A stretch of 63,258 nucleotides of DNA, filler included, from Sphaeroforma arctica JP610 (taxonomy: Eukaryota), in assembly GCF_001186125.1 (NCBI RefSeq). It is 6 parts of one record of this genome, joined end to end, with 100 filler letters (N's around TTAATTAATTAA, not from the genome) between each part and the next. Parts side by side here need not be neighbours in the genome. Positions count along the whole stretch, not along the records: positions 1 to 5,923 come from NW_014040546.1; positions 6,024 to 16,534 come from NW_014040546.1; 4 more parts are not named here. One strand, given 5' to 3'. Below are positions 1 through 13,806 of this stretch, one piece after another; the first letter of the stretch is position 1, and the number at the start of each line of letters is the position of its first letter. The notes beneath the pieces are model-generated. The model was not told the origin of the DNA. It did no database searches and was given only the letters and a program-made list of their open reading frames with translations. A program made the translations under genes and the position numbers.

Positions 1-699
1 TCTATTAGCGTGTACTAATATATATTTGTGTGTACTAATATTCATTAGTTTGTACTAATATCTGTAGGTGGGCTGGGCACCTTTATTTTGGTAAGTTCCA
101 TATTTGTACCCATATCTAGTGGCGCGTTCATGAGTATTAGTGTGTGCTATCACTTCAGACTTCCATTTAGTAAGTCACAACCAACAGTGGTATATCGTCC
201 ATCTGTTCGTGGACGTATACCTGGTAGTGTGTGCTACTGTGTATTAGTGTGTGATGATACTCGTTGCCATCAGTGTGCGTTGCTGGTGGTGTGCCCATGA
301 GTGAGTGATTGTATCTGCCAGTGTATAGTGCATTGCACTGTGTTGTGTGTTGCCCTTGTCTTACCTCTTGCCAATGTGTAGTGCTCTATTCCTCTCTGCT
401 GCACCCAGTCACTCTACTTCAGATCGCACAGTACTGATTACTCCCACCAGTGCACATATATATATATATGTGTGTGTGTGGTGTGTGTGTGTGTGTATGT
501 ATATATATATCATGGGCTATGTAAGAGTACAATCCAGGATCAGTACGTAGACCCTATGCAGGCTGGAACGGAGTGTCTAGGGATTACGGAACCCCAAGAA
601 TCATTTGTGAATTCACGCAGGCGCATGTGAGTGTCCCCATGCGACAATGACCACGTCTGTTCAAGCTCTGCGCATGATACATCCGTATATTATATGTAT

Positions 700-1035
700 G
701 TGACTAGGTAGACGATCTATGTTCATAACTAATTAGATGATCTGCGTACAATACTAATTAGATGATCTATGTACATGACTAATTAGATTATCTGTGTGCA
801 TGACTACTTTATATGATATAAGTATGTGACTAGGTAGATGATCTATGTAAATGCCTAATTAGATGATCTGTGTGCATGACTAATTTATATGATATAAGTA
901 TGTGACTAGGTAGATGATCTATGTAAATGCCTAATTAGATGATCTGTGTGCATGACTACTTTATATGATATAAGTATGTGACTAGGTAGATGATCTATGT
1001 AAATGACTAATTAGATGATCTGTGTACATGACTCA
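700..1035. repeat. Intronic minisatellite (GATGATCTATGTACATGACTAATTA-like units)
   Basis: Degenerate ~25-nt units repeated up to the 3' splice site at 1040. Confidence 0.85.
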
Positions 1036-1040
1036 TCCAG

Positions 1041-4000
1041 ATGCCGAGAGGAAAAATGTGGGCTACAACGTGTCGTCGTTTGCAGAGCACATTGCGCGTA
1101 AGCTGGGCTCTAGTTTCCCAGGGCCAACCATTGCCTTCAACTGCCGCCAGTTCAGTCGCATCTACCCCAGGTAAAAAGAAGCATCCTATGCTGGCCGCGA
1201 TGGACGTCTGTAGGGTGTATCTACGTATGTCTCTTGCTACATGCTAACGGCAACACCTATTGTGTATAGCTATTGGTGTGTAGGGTGTATCTACGCATGT
1301 GTCTTACTACATGCTCTGTATGTATGTATGTGCATGGCATCACCTATTGTGTATAGCTATTGGTGTGTAGGGTGTATTTACCCATGTCCCTTACCACATG
1401 CTATGTATGTATGTGCATGATTGGTGTGTAGGGTGTATGCTGTGTGGAGGATGAACATGTGTTTCAATGAGAGTACGGACTGTAAGTTTGTTGATGGAGC
1501 GGGTGTCGTTTTCGTCACTGTGGGCGTGTGCTTGTGTGTGGACATTCATAGGCTTGCTTCATATGCGTGTGCATATGCGCACAAGCGATGTGTAAATAGC
1601 ATTGTGTATTAGGGCTTAGGGTTTATAAACCCTGTGGTTGGGATTGTCCTCCTTGTCTCTGACAACACCTCTGCAACATACAGTGTGTTTGCTTAATACG
1701 TATACACCCACATGCTGCTTCGGCTCTCATGTATATGATTCAGCACGTACGCAGAATACCGCACACCCTAAAACCCAAATCCCATGCAAGCGCGCCGTTG
1801 TGTGCACAGTACAAGCTAAGTCCCAGCACATCCTCAAAACAGTCTCTCACTTGGCTTGAAACTCTGCGAGGTCTTATGTGCGTGTGGCTGTATAATCTTG
1901 TATCTGTCACTGCATTCATGCCATACACACTATACTGGCATGATTTCTCTAGGGATTTCACAAACACCAACCGATTGTACTCTGACAGCGTATATATATA
2001 TATATATATATTGTGATATATATATATATAAATATATATATTGTGATATATTTATATATATTTTTATATTGTGATATATACATATTTATATATTTATATA
2101 TATGTATATATTTTTATAAATATGAACCACTGCTTCTCCGTTCGTCTATAAAAAAACTTTATTGAATTGACTGTTTCTCCTTGCTGCGATGCTCAGAGGT
2201 CGGCGTGTGGACTCGTCCAATTACGATCCCATGACATTGTGGCTCTACGGCTGCCAATTGGTGGCACTCAACTACCAGACGCCCGGCAGACACATGCTCA
2301 CCAACAGAGGCCTCTTCAGGATAAATCACAACACCGGGTACGCCCCTGGATACTAAATCTATACACAAACACACCTATATATATCTAATATCTATATATA
2401 TGTATATATATGTTTATATATATATATATATGTACATATATATATCTATATATATATATCTATTTATCTATTTATTTATATATGTGTGTGTGTGCGCGTG
2501 CGTGCGTGCGTGTGTGTGTGTGCGCGCGCGCGTGCGTGCGTGTGTGTGTGTGCGCGCGCGCGTGCGTGCGTGTGTGTGCGCGCGTGCGTGTGTGCGTGCG
2601 TGTGTCTGTCTGTGTTTGTGTCTGTTTCTGTTTCTGTGTGCCTAAATGCTTATATGTTTATATGCTTATATATATGGTGAACATGTGTATCAAGTGCTGT
2701 GCTACTTGGTATTGAGTCAATGTGTATGCTCTTTCTGTCAGCTCAGTTTGTTAGTGTGTGCTAGTGCTTTAGTACGTGTGTGCATTCAGTTGTTTGTAGG
2801 CTTTGTAGCCGCAGAGCATAACTGTATCTGCTACACAGGCGACCTCAGATTCTCGATGCACTGTTGTTCGTTTATACGTTCACGTGGTAATGTACACCTG
2901 ACATGCGAATCGCTGGCACGTGACAGGAGATGGCTAGACCACCTCATTGGCCGCCTAATTGTATAGAATTCGCGGCAGCTGTATAACACCACCGACTTCA
3001 CTTCGTTTAAACCCCTAGCAACTCACGAACCCTACAAAACCCTACACCCTATAACCTTAGACTCCGAGACTTGTGACTCGTGAAATAACACCACCATCAC
3101 TGGTTTGCAGTGTGTGCGGAGTTGTGCTACGATTTTGGGTTACTGACGCCAGACAGCCAATTACCCCCTGAGCCGCACAAACATCCACAAACCCAAGAGT
3201 TAAACCCTAAAACACCCACTAACCCAACAGTTATGTTCTTCCCACAAACACCCACAAACTTCAAATTAATTTCTGGCATCATTCTGGCCCAGGCACCTTC
3301 ATGCCTTATCCCTGTGCACACCCTAACCTCTATGCTTGCTTTGGTTGGTTGGTTGGTTGCTGTACACAGATATGTGCTAAAGCCCCCGTCCATGCTGACG
3401 CCTGGCAGTCAGTTTGACCCAGACGACTACACCACATTTGGCCACGACCGCTACGGCGGCATCAAACCTGTCAAGATCACCATCGAGGTAGGTAGCACTT
3501 GTCATATCCATGTTCAGCCTGCAAGGTCGTTAAACGCTTTCGGGCGGTTAAGTTGCACACGGCTAGGGACGTGCGCACCACTGTGGGGTGTACACACAGA
3601 CAGTGGCTGCTAAGTGTATGTCCGTTTATTATGTGGAGAGTGACCATGGGAGTTTGCATCGGAGATGGGAAGTAGTTGTGTCACTGAACGAGTGAGTTCT
3701 GTGCTGTGTGAAGTGCGTCATGCAGCACGGTGAGGTGGATACGCTTTTAGTCCTTTAATAGTAATAGTTAAACCAGATGCCGAGGTAATCATCTTAGCCA
3801 CTGTACATGTTGAAGCCGCGATGTATTGGTATTCATCCACTCAAGATGCTCGTGGTCTGCTCTTCCGCACCCCAACAGATTCTGGCGGGAAAGCACCTCA
3901 ACACACTCAAGGGAACGCCCACGCCGTTTGTGGAGATCGACGTAGTAGGTACTGACATTGACTCAGAGCAGAAGTACCGAACATCTGGCAAGACATCTGC

Positions 4001-7000
4001 GGGTGTACAGAGCAATGGTCTATGCCCGCACTGGGAGATGGAGGTCTTCCAAATGACGGTGAGTACTACACAGTTATACGTTACTTGCACACATTACAGC
4101 TATACATTACACTTGCACACATTACAGCTATACATTACACTTGCACACACCACAGCTATACACCTGCACACACTACAGCTATACATTACACTTGCACCAC
4201 AGCTATACATTACACCTGCACACACTACAGCTATACATTACACCTGCACACACCACAGTCATATCATACTTTGTTTAGCGGAAGAGTGGGTGAGTGGTAG
4301 GCGGCTATTCGTGCGCGTGTTGTGGTGGACCTCTTTGGTTGCTAGGGTTGTGGTGTTCCTCTTTGGTTGCTAGGATTGTGGTGGTCCTGTTTGGTTGCTA
4401 GGGTTGTGGTGGTCCTCTTTGGATGCTAGGATTGTGGTGGTCTTGTTTGGTTGCTAGGAATGTGCTGATCCTGTTTGGTTGCTAGGGTTGTGGTGGTCCT
4501 GTTTGGTTGCTAGGGTTGTGGTGGTCCTGTTTGGTTGCTAGGGTTGTGGTGGTCCTCTTTGGATGCTAGGATTGTGGTGGTCCTGATTGGTTGCTAGGGT
4601 TGTGGTGGTCCTGTTTGGTTGCTAGGGTTGTGGTGGTCCTGTTTGGTTGCTAGGGTGCATGACTGGTCTATCCGACAACTGTTGCTATGACTGTGTGCAT
4701 TCACGCGTTGATACTCGCACGAGTGCTCGTACAAATAAAAGTTGGTTCTTGGCGTAGATGGATTGGGAGTGTCTGTGTTTGCCCCTTTGTGCACTCTGCT
4801 TAGTTTGTTGTATTCCTAAAGTCTGATTTTCTGCGCTTGAGTTTAAACCACTGCATTTTAGGACTTCTTTGGCAGAGGTTAATATTTAAGGTTCAACGTT
4901 TAACGTCCAGGTACTTGTGGTCCAGGTAGCAGAGTTCATAGTATTATGCTTTGGTCCATTGCGTGCGTGACTGGACACACAGTACTTGGATGCGAAGCTG
5001 TCTGCATGTGAATATGCAGTGACATTTGTTACTATTAGAAGGGCGACTATCATGCTTGCATACATAGTCATATCACTTGTATGTGCACATCTGTATATGT
5101 TAAGTGCTACGCGTTTTGTTGATATAGCTACATACAACCCCTTGCAGCATCTCAGCCCTGCCAAGAGGTTAGTATATAACTATCTACCCCCTAGTACATA
5201 ACTATCTACCCCCTAGTACATAGCTATCTACCCCCTAGGCGCATACCATATTCGTACGCTCACGCGCTTGTTTGTGCAAGGGCACATACTCACACTGCAC
5301 TCGTCAACCAGCCTCAAACGTACACAACACCAAACCCTAAACCCTAAACCCTCAAACATACACAACACACCCATTGTATCGCCCGTACACATACTATCCG
5401 CTGGTCTTACATTGATCCCATGCACACAGCTTCCCCTGTGCTAGTACTATGCTCTGCATCTTACAGTACTCCTACCCACATATCACAGTACTGCTATCCA
5501 CGTGCTGTTTCTGTATGCAGATATCATACCCTGTATTGTAAACCCTAAACCCCACTGATTTGCCTGTGCAGCTGCCATACGCTTCTCTCCCACTGACTCT
5601 CACGCACACACACACCCCTCTCTCGGCTTCTCCTCTCCTCTGCAGATTCTGTACCCTGACCTTGCACTGATCCGCCTGAGTGTGATGGACGAGGGTGTGT
5701 TTGGTGAGCCTCAAGCGTTTGCGCATGCGTGTGTGCCTGTGCGTTGTTTGAGAGCGGGGCTGCGTAGCATTCCTCTGGTCAATGGCCTGGGTGAGCCTCT
5801 GGAGATGTCGGCCTTACTCGTCAGATGTGAGCTCGAACCCCATCAACTGGTCCTGGAGGAGAAGGTAGGTGTATTGGTGCAGTTGTAGTTGTAGTATGTG
5901 TATTGGAGTAGTTGTGATTGTAGNNNNNNNNNNNNNNNNNNNNNNNNNNNNNNNNNNNNNNNNNNNNTTAATTAATTAANNNNNNNNNNNNNNNNNNNNN
6001 NNNNNNNNNNNNNNNNNNNNNNNACAAACTTACATATGTGCTCTGTCGGCTGTGTGCCTCAGGTGCCCTACTCAGCCATGGGCCAGGACGACATGGAGGA
6101 CATCAACCGACAGATAGAAGAGCTCACAGCCACACGCACAGTGGCCATTGCCAGAGGCGACAGCACTGACCTCGAGCAGTACGACGAGCAGATACGCGCG
6201 CTCTTCACCAAGGCCAAACGGTATGGAGAAGGATCTGCTGGGTGGTACTGTATCTGGAGTGTGTGTATTTGTGGTTTTATTGTTTTGTTTTATCAGATAG
6301 CGTCTTGTGAATCTTGCGTGTATATATGTGTTTATTTGGTTTTATATGTATCGTTTTGTAAGCCCAGATAGCTTGTGCATCTTGAGTTTATATACGTTTA
6401 TATAGTTTTGTGCATATGCATATAGCGTTTTGTATGACCAAATAGCTTGTGTAACTGGAGCGTGCATACGTTTTAATAGAGTTTTGTACATAAGGTTTTG
6501 TATCCCCGGATAGCTTGTTGATCTTGAGTGTACATACGTGTTTTTAGGGTTCTGCATATAGGGTATCTATGGCCAATGATGTGTTGTATACGAGTAAATT
6601 GGGTTTTGTCTTTATTCTGGACTGATTATGGCCTGGGCGTGTACAGTACAGTGCGTGTCCATTGGCGTCGACCTACGTTCTTAGGTTTTCGGTCGTTTTA
6701 GTGTTATTTGCGCGGTGTTTGTGCTTAGATTATCCTCGCACGTGTGTGCTCACAACTTTCAGTGCTCGTACCTATTTATAGGCTAAGGTTACGGGTTTTG
6801 TTTCTGTCGTTACGGACACAATTTGTCAGCGACGACACCCAGACATGACGGTCAATGTTTAAACACCCGTCAATATGCGCATCACTCGAAGATACTTTCT
6901 CTCTCGAGTCAGTACTGGACAATCGCTCTACTGTGACACAGTAGTCGTTACTAACAGCGCCTGTCTGTCGTATCACCTGAACGGTCTAATACGCACAGAA

Positions 7001-7223
7001 CCGCCATCAACCGCAAGACAATACTTGCCAACAACGCCAAGCAACGCGATTCGTCACGCAGCAACATATCAGCCTTATCATCCAAGAGCACCAAGCCCAC
7101 GAAGCGCAGCGATTCATCGTATGTCTGTGCTGGATGGTCATGAGGATGTAACATACGTGGTGTTAGTGCTAGGTGTCTATGTGTAATATCGTCCAAGAGT
7201 GTCAAGAACGTAATGTATGTATA

Positions 7224-7269
<46 letters not shown>

Positions 7270-8306
7270 CGTATAAGTATATATATATAGTTCTAGTGCT
7301 TTGATATCAGAGAGTTGACAGAACGTGGGTCACTCTCTTATACTCGCTCACGTTATGATACCGAACTCCTTCCATTACCATTAATGTTCATATAGAATAG
7401 AATCGTACCATTGTGTGACTCACAAGGTGTACTCCTCAACAAAGTAAAGTTGTCTATCTATCTTGTATAGAAATGTATACTTTCACGGTTGTGTAGAACG
7501 TATGATTTTGCCTTGTTTCGACATCCACCCACCGCACGCACTGTGTCCCTTGTTTTGTACACTCACATACGCCGAACTCCATGCCTGCTACACGCCGTAG
7601 TAAACTTAACAACACCCTGCCAAGCGCGAGCAAGGGACGGGCAGACTATGTGGAGGCTGTGCGTGTGGAGGAATACGCTAAAAACAAGGCCAACAAAGGG
7701 GCCAATCCCAACAAGAAGCCCATCAACGGCCATGTGTTCAAGACTGTCAGTGTGGGTGTGCCATCTACGTGTCACCACTGCAAGAAGAGTATTCTTGGGA
7801 GCATCAGGTGAGTTCTATCACATCCGCTATGAACTAGGGTTAGCAGCGTGAATGTAGGCCAATGTCTGAAGTGTTTTGCTTTACTTCGTGCGCAGAGACA
7901 TGGACAGACAGTCAACACTATACTCCTAGGATGGTGCACGAGCTCAGCAGTTGGCTTTGTTCAATAGCCACTTTTTGGTGCAGATTTGTATTTGATTTTG
8001 GGGCTCACCTGCAGTCCTAAATAGCGTGTACTGGCCTTCTGGCCGTTGGGTGTCACTGGTAGGAGAGCACGCAACATAGGAGTGCGTCAATATATTGTCA
8101 GTATATTGTACACTCGCTCAACCTGGCTTCGCCCCTCGGCTTATATGCTTAGCTATTTAAACATCAATCTTTCCGCTGACTCGCTATATTCTTTTTTGTA
8201 TCTCTGTGTCTCCCCTCGCAGGTCCACTAGCAAATGCACGAACAAGCAGTGCTCGATACTGGTGCACAAGAAATGCCGTGAACTATGCAGCCCTTGCCCG
8301 CAGTAG
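1041..8306 (+). CDS. PLC: Phosphoinositide-specific phospholipase C, 3' part (Y-box, C2, helical segment, C-terminal C1 domain); 5' exons not resolved or outside window
   Basis: Manually spliced GT-AG exons with consistent phases: 1041-1170 (YNVSSFAE...[11 protein letters not shown]), 2197-2337 ([28 protein letters not shown]), 3370-3487 (GYVLKP), 3879-4058 (C2: PFVEIDVVG...NGLCPHW), 5646-5864 ([12 protein letters not shown]...[10 protein letters not shown]), 6063-6220, 7601-7807, 8222-8306 (stop TAG). Motifs are canonical PI-PLC Y-box and C2. Confidence 0.93.
4065..4657. repeat. Two adjacent intronic minisatellites (CACACTACAGCTATACATTACACTTG-like, then GGTTGCTAGGGTTGTGGTGGTCCTGTTT-like)
   Basis: Tandem units visible directly at about 4065-4260 and 4320-4657. 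Confidence 0.9.
5924..6023. other. Assembly gap spacer (N-TTAATTAATTAA-N); same spacer at 16535-16634, 41945-42044, 44669-44768, 59231-59330
   Basis: Identical 100-nt N-padded linker with stops in all frames; PLC, kinesin and SAE1 exon chains continue across three of them. Confidence 0.95.
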
Positions 8307-8485
8307 TGTGCACTCCTTGGATTGTACACCGAATGATGTCTGTGGGCTGCCGTCCACCGGATCTTAATACCAGTGGTCCTGTGTTAGTGGTGGACCATAT
8401 CTCAGTAGAAGACGTGGCTGTGTATCGGAGGTTCAACGCCTGTTTCGGAGGATACGCTTGTATTGGATCATGGTTTAGTGCGAGG

Positions 8486-9702
8486 TGCTGTATGCAGGAA
8501 AGAACTGATTTCCTGTTGGAATAGTGGTGTTGTAATACGGTCGGCAAATGTGCGATCAAGAGGTAGGCGCGCATTCTGATATCTGGGAAAGTCCCTGTAG
8601 AATTGCGCGAAAAAGGCATGCTACGACCTTTTGGAATGACAATAAAGGGAGGTGGTTTGCACCAGTAGAAAACAGCAGTAGAAAGGGAATGATTCGACTC
8701 TCCTGCTGAGCGAGTCACTGACATCGGCCGTGTATGTATTGGTTTCTGAGAGTGACAGGTGCTATTGTATATACTCAGCGGTAAACCGGAACGAGGTTGA
8801 ACATGTTGTTCGCGTAGATGTTTGTATCTGATTTTTAAAGCTTTCAATTACAAACCTACTCGACAAAGGGATCAGGCGGATATACCCTATCGCAAGTTTA
8901 TAGGCGGACCTGAGTTGAGGATACGATACTTCCTTAGGCGTCCCTTGGAATAGACAGAGTCCTAGACTGCGCGTTCGTGTTGTAATTGGTCGAGTGTCGA
9001 AACAATCGTGTCCACTAATAAGCCAGTTCTTAATCTTCCATGTCTATGAGTCCTTTATATAGGAGTGTGCGAGTTCTTAACGATTAGAAGATCAATTGAT
9101 GAAACATTTATAGCAGTGTGCTTGTATGCAGGTGGAAACTGTCTCACTGTTGAAAAGTGACGTCTCAATACGATCAGAGATAGGAGTACATTCTAATGTG
9201 TGGGAAGCGCCCCGTGGACTGCTCGAAATTGGCATGTTATGACTTTTTGGAATGACAATAAAGAGAGGTGGTTTGCACCAGTAGAAAACTGCAGTAGAAG
9301 GGGAGTGAATCGACTCTCCTGCTGAGCAAGTCATTGACTTCGACCGTGTATATTTTGGTTTCTAGAAGTGACAAGTGTTATATTTATATAGTCAGCGGTA
9401 TAACGAAACGAGGTAGAACACGATATTCGCATAAATGTTTCTATCTGATTTTTGAAGCTTTCAATCACTAACCTATTCGACAGAGTTATCAGAAGCATGA
9501 ACCATACTACTGGTTCATAAGCCGACCTGGGTTTGGGATGAGTTGCTTCCTTAGGCTTTCCTGGGAATAGACGGAGTTTTCGACTGCTTGTTGGTGTTGT
9601 TAGTGATCGGGTGTCGAAATAATAGTGTCCATTAGTTAGACATGAATCCTAACAGGAGTGTGCGAGTAATTAAAGGTATAATTGATGAAACATTTATACA
9701 GT
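8486..9702. repeat. Diverged tandem duplication of a ~600-630 bp unit downstream of PLC
   Basis: Blocks such as GGAATGACAATAAAG.GAGGTGGTTTGCACCAGTAGAAAAC (about 8632 and 9249) and AATTGATGAAACATTTATA (about 9094 and 9680) recur in order. Confidence 0.85.
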
Positions 9703-9981
9703 CTCCACGCACAGTATTCAGAGGAGACAATTCAAGCTGAAGACTCGGTATAGCGAATCTGGCAGGTGTATGTATTTATGAATGTTCACTATAAAACTGG
9801 CCACGCGAAGATATAACACTTCTGTAGGTTATCAATACAAAACTAATGAAACCTACTTAAATTAATTTATTTATTGTCATAGTCAGTTGATAGTTAAATT
9901 AGCAATACAATAATTATACTTCAACAAACTACGTACTGATTAACCAGAAATTGTGCATATGCACCTAAATTATTTTACATT

Positions 9982-10798
9982 CTAATATTTAAGTTTAACC
10001 AGGTTCGGCAGGGTGTCTCTAATGCTTTCACAAGATGATGGCCTTGGCTGCCCTGTATACTCCACACAGGGCACCTCCTGACTCCTACACTTGATGATCG
10101 CTTTAGAATCTGAGATACGAATGCGTGAGTCAACAGCACATGACATCGGCAGAGGTACATTTACAGGGACCGTTGTCTCTCTGTGAAGTGTCATAGCACA
10201 ACAAACAATTTCGTTGTGAAACAATCGCGCTGAATCCAATCGTTTCTCAGGAAACCTGCATATAGGAATGAACCACTAGCATGTTTCTTTTCCATACGGA
10301 GGCTATCGGTCGCCTCAATATCTTAGCAAAATCGGCCGTTCTCAGATCACACTGATTCTATTCCAGACTGCTTATCGGTCGGAACGGTTTGTAACTGTGA
10401 TTCGCATTAGTTTATTCAGATATCGCAGGCAGCGTATGTACAAACCGTTGAGACGGAAGCGAGTAGTCGCACGACGGTTGTACAAACAGTTGCGATATTG
10501 GCTTAAACTGCTCGATTTGTAGAATACTCTGAGCCATGTTGTTCGACGCACTGGTGTTGTGGGATTCGTAAGGGAGAGACATTAATGTCTCCACCTCAGT
10601 TGTAGGTACAAACATGGACCAATTATGCTGGTGGTAGTCTTTTTCTGGTTCTAGATGTAGGACTGCTTCTTGAGTCAGCTGCACTTTGAAAGGCAACCAC
10701 TTTTGTCTTTTATGTGTTAATGTCATGATCTTTATATTTCTAACCTCAGAATATGTTTGGGTTCCCTTATTTATAGCATCGAGCCAACGACAGAACAA
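9982..10798 (-). pseudogene. Possible decayed or unknown protein-coding segment
   Basis: Non-repetitive ORFs 10412-10798 and 9982-10239 with protein-like composition; no family recognised and stops lie between them. Confidence 0.2.
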
Positions 10799-11514
10799 TA
10801 TCGCCTAAAACCAAATACCAGGCCAAAAGAGATGTCTAAGAGAGATGTCAAGAGTCAAGCCTCCTATCCTAATCATTTGTACATAGCCATCACGCGGAGG
10901 AAATATTTATCGATATGTTTTTTCTTTTATTTTCTTTTTTTTTTAAACAAATGTGGCGCATGGAAATTAGAAAATGGAAGTGGCAAATATAAATATTGGA
11001 GTGTGAAGAGGCATGCAAGAGTGTGAAACCATTAGAGATATTGTGATAAGACATCAAAGATAGTCAAGAAGTATTATACCCCATTAAAATTAACATTGTA
11101 CGAAATCTACGAATACGATATTCGATATCAATCTCCGACTTTCGCCCCACTAACGTAAAAAAATGAAGAAAAAAAATAAGCGTTTACGTTCAGTTTATCC
11201 TAAATATAGTCCTTCGGGTTTTCAAATAGGTTCATTTTTTGAGGCGGCCTAACTTGCACGAATCGTCTAAAAATCAGCCCGCACATTAAGATAACAATCT
11301 GTGACCACTATTGTTTATTTATAATACTTTTGTGTGTCCACGTATACACGTCAGAAATTCTGCAACTGTAGCCGTCTGGGAGCCTCCAGAGAGGACGCAG
11401 AAACGTTATCATCGAATACTTCATTACGCGAAAAATACTATACGGAAGGGTGAGCTGTATGACAAACGTGCACACAACACACGCACACACATATATATAT
11501 ATATATATGTGTGT

Positions 11515-11562
<48 letters not shown>

Positions 11563-13806
11563 NNNNNNNNNNNNNNNNNNNNGATACACATATATCTGCA
11601 CACACATATATATATATATATATGTCCGCACACACAGTGAATGCATTGTAAGACCGCCTTTTAATTGGACGTCACTCTTTTCGTAGTCATATTCCTCAAC
11701 GAAGGTCAGTTTTTCAGGTGCAAAATTTTTAAAAATTCAAGGTCGATTTGCCCCCGATATACTTTAAAACGCCTACAAAACAATGCTTTTTACGTTTACG
11801 CTCAACGTTTATCGTATACAGGCAAAACGTAATGAGGCTAGCCGCTTGGTCTACACTCTAAATAGTAAATATAGACTTATGTCTATTCAGTCTCTCTAGA
11901 TTAGAAAAGTGTCTACATAGTACCGAGTACCGACCAGGAGACTACACGCCTACATATTCAATGTTGACTTGAGGTAATTATGTCATAAATAGACATGTAT
12001 TCACTATTCAGTCATTCAGTCTCACCGACTCACCGCACACTGTACAGGCGACGCGACGGCGTACACTGAACGCTCTCGCGTACAGATTACACTGAACACT
12101 CTCGCGTACAGATTACACTGAGCACTCTACAGAGTACAGAGTACAGAGTATAGACTACTACAGAGTGATGTGTGTAGAAAAAAATAATGGACAATATAAA
12201 AATATAAAAATACAGATAAAAAACATTACTCTGAACTTTTTGACTTTTTCGGGCCGTTCATTTCTCTTGTTATCAGTCATCAGTGCTCACAAGTTACAAC
12301 TTCACATTTCACAAGCCGGTGAGGCTCTGACATCAGACATCAGTCCGTCACGCATGTCCACCAGTTTGTTTTGGACAAACGAAAACCCGAGCATCTGCCT
12401 GTTCGTTCAACACACAAATTTCATTTGGCACCTTTGTACAAAAGAGTCTGTATTTTCGTTTATTTTTTTTAAATCACATTTTGTCTGCCTGTCTGTCACT
12501 CAGTCTTATGACTGATCACTCTGACATTCGAGCGTCTTCCTGTCTGCTCTCTGGTAAATAATTAAAAAAATAAAAACTCCTCGTATGTAACTTTTTTTTA
12601 AATGTGATTTTATGGGATGAATCATATTTTTAATCAAGCAGGGGGTATAATATTTGAATTTTTGGCCCTCACCCCTCACCCCTCACCCCTCACCCCATAC
12701 CCCATACCCCTCAAGACGCTCAAGCCTGCGCCAATTTGTTAAATAACCAGTAAGTAGTAGCTACGGCAACTATTTAAATATTTATCTTTAGTGTTAAAAA
12801 AACGGCATTTAAAAACATAGCCTTCTAAATTAGAAACTAAGAAAAGCATAGCCTTCGCCCTTCGATTTTTAAAAATTTAGAACGCTATGAAAAAAGACTA
12901 TTTGTTTTGTGTTGTTTTTTAAAATATATATAAAAATAGGTCATAAACCTATTCGGGCATGGCTACGTTTCATTGTTTCTTCTAAATACTACTAGCCTCA
13001 GTTACCAGTATGTATGGCGTATTGGCGACTAGGCGTAAGCCCACGAAATAAATAGCGGCGTACTCCGTAACCTGTTAAATACTCTGTTTTTTTGTTGTCA
13101 AACTGTATTTTGTCTTTTTTTCAACTAAAAAATCCGTAGGATTTTAAGAAAACAAGTACTCAGTGAAAACAATTGTATTTGTTTTTAATAAAACAAGTAT
13201 TATTATGAGCTTTCCGGACTCCGGGAGGCTTATATTGTCCAATTGTCGATAAATATATAACAAGTATTTTTATAGAATCACACACTATTTGTCTTTTGTT
13301 TGTTTTTGTTTTTTTCTTATATGGTATTTAGACATATTTGTTTTTATTATGTTTTTAAAACAACATATACCAACATAACAGTCTAAAGTCTAAACTCTCT
13401 AAAGTCCTAAACTCTATAAAACACCAAACAATCCAAATTGACAAATTCAAAATATGTCTTCAGTTCGAAGTATTAAAAGGCGGACGAATGACTATTGAAC
13501 ATTACTGAACATTACTACATCAGCACAATATCGACATTTTAAGCGGTCGATAATTAAAATGTGGTGCTATGAAAATGAAGCATGAATTGTGGCCCTTTTG
13601 TGGAATTGTGGGGAGCTACTCCTAGAGTTTAGAGAAGTTGTGGTAAAATCAGTGTGAGGACTGAGGAGTAGCAAATGACTAAATGAGGACTAATATTGAA
13701 TAGTTAATAGTACCGCGAAGTGAACTCTTGGACTTGCTGTGGGATCAACACTGTGGTCTTGAAGTCGAAGATAGTGATACTGATAGGTGAAGTCTCCGAG
13801 AGAGTG

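Noticed and set aside
68..626. Candidate upstream PLC exons (68-90, about 551-626)
   Set aside because: Splice-like signals are present but no recognisable PLC motif supports a frame.
2400..2715. ORFs rich in YIYI, CVCV or HTHT (also near 11.4, 38.5, 53.8, 56.4 and 59.0 kb)
   Set aside because: Translations of TA/TG/CG microsatellites.
5968..5979. Recurrent TTAATTAATTAA motif as a biological element
   Set aside because: Always centred in a 100-nt N run; it is an artificial scaffold spacer.
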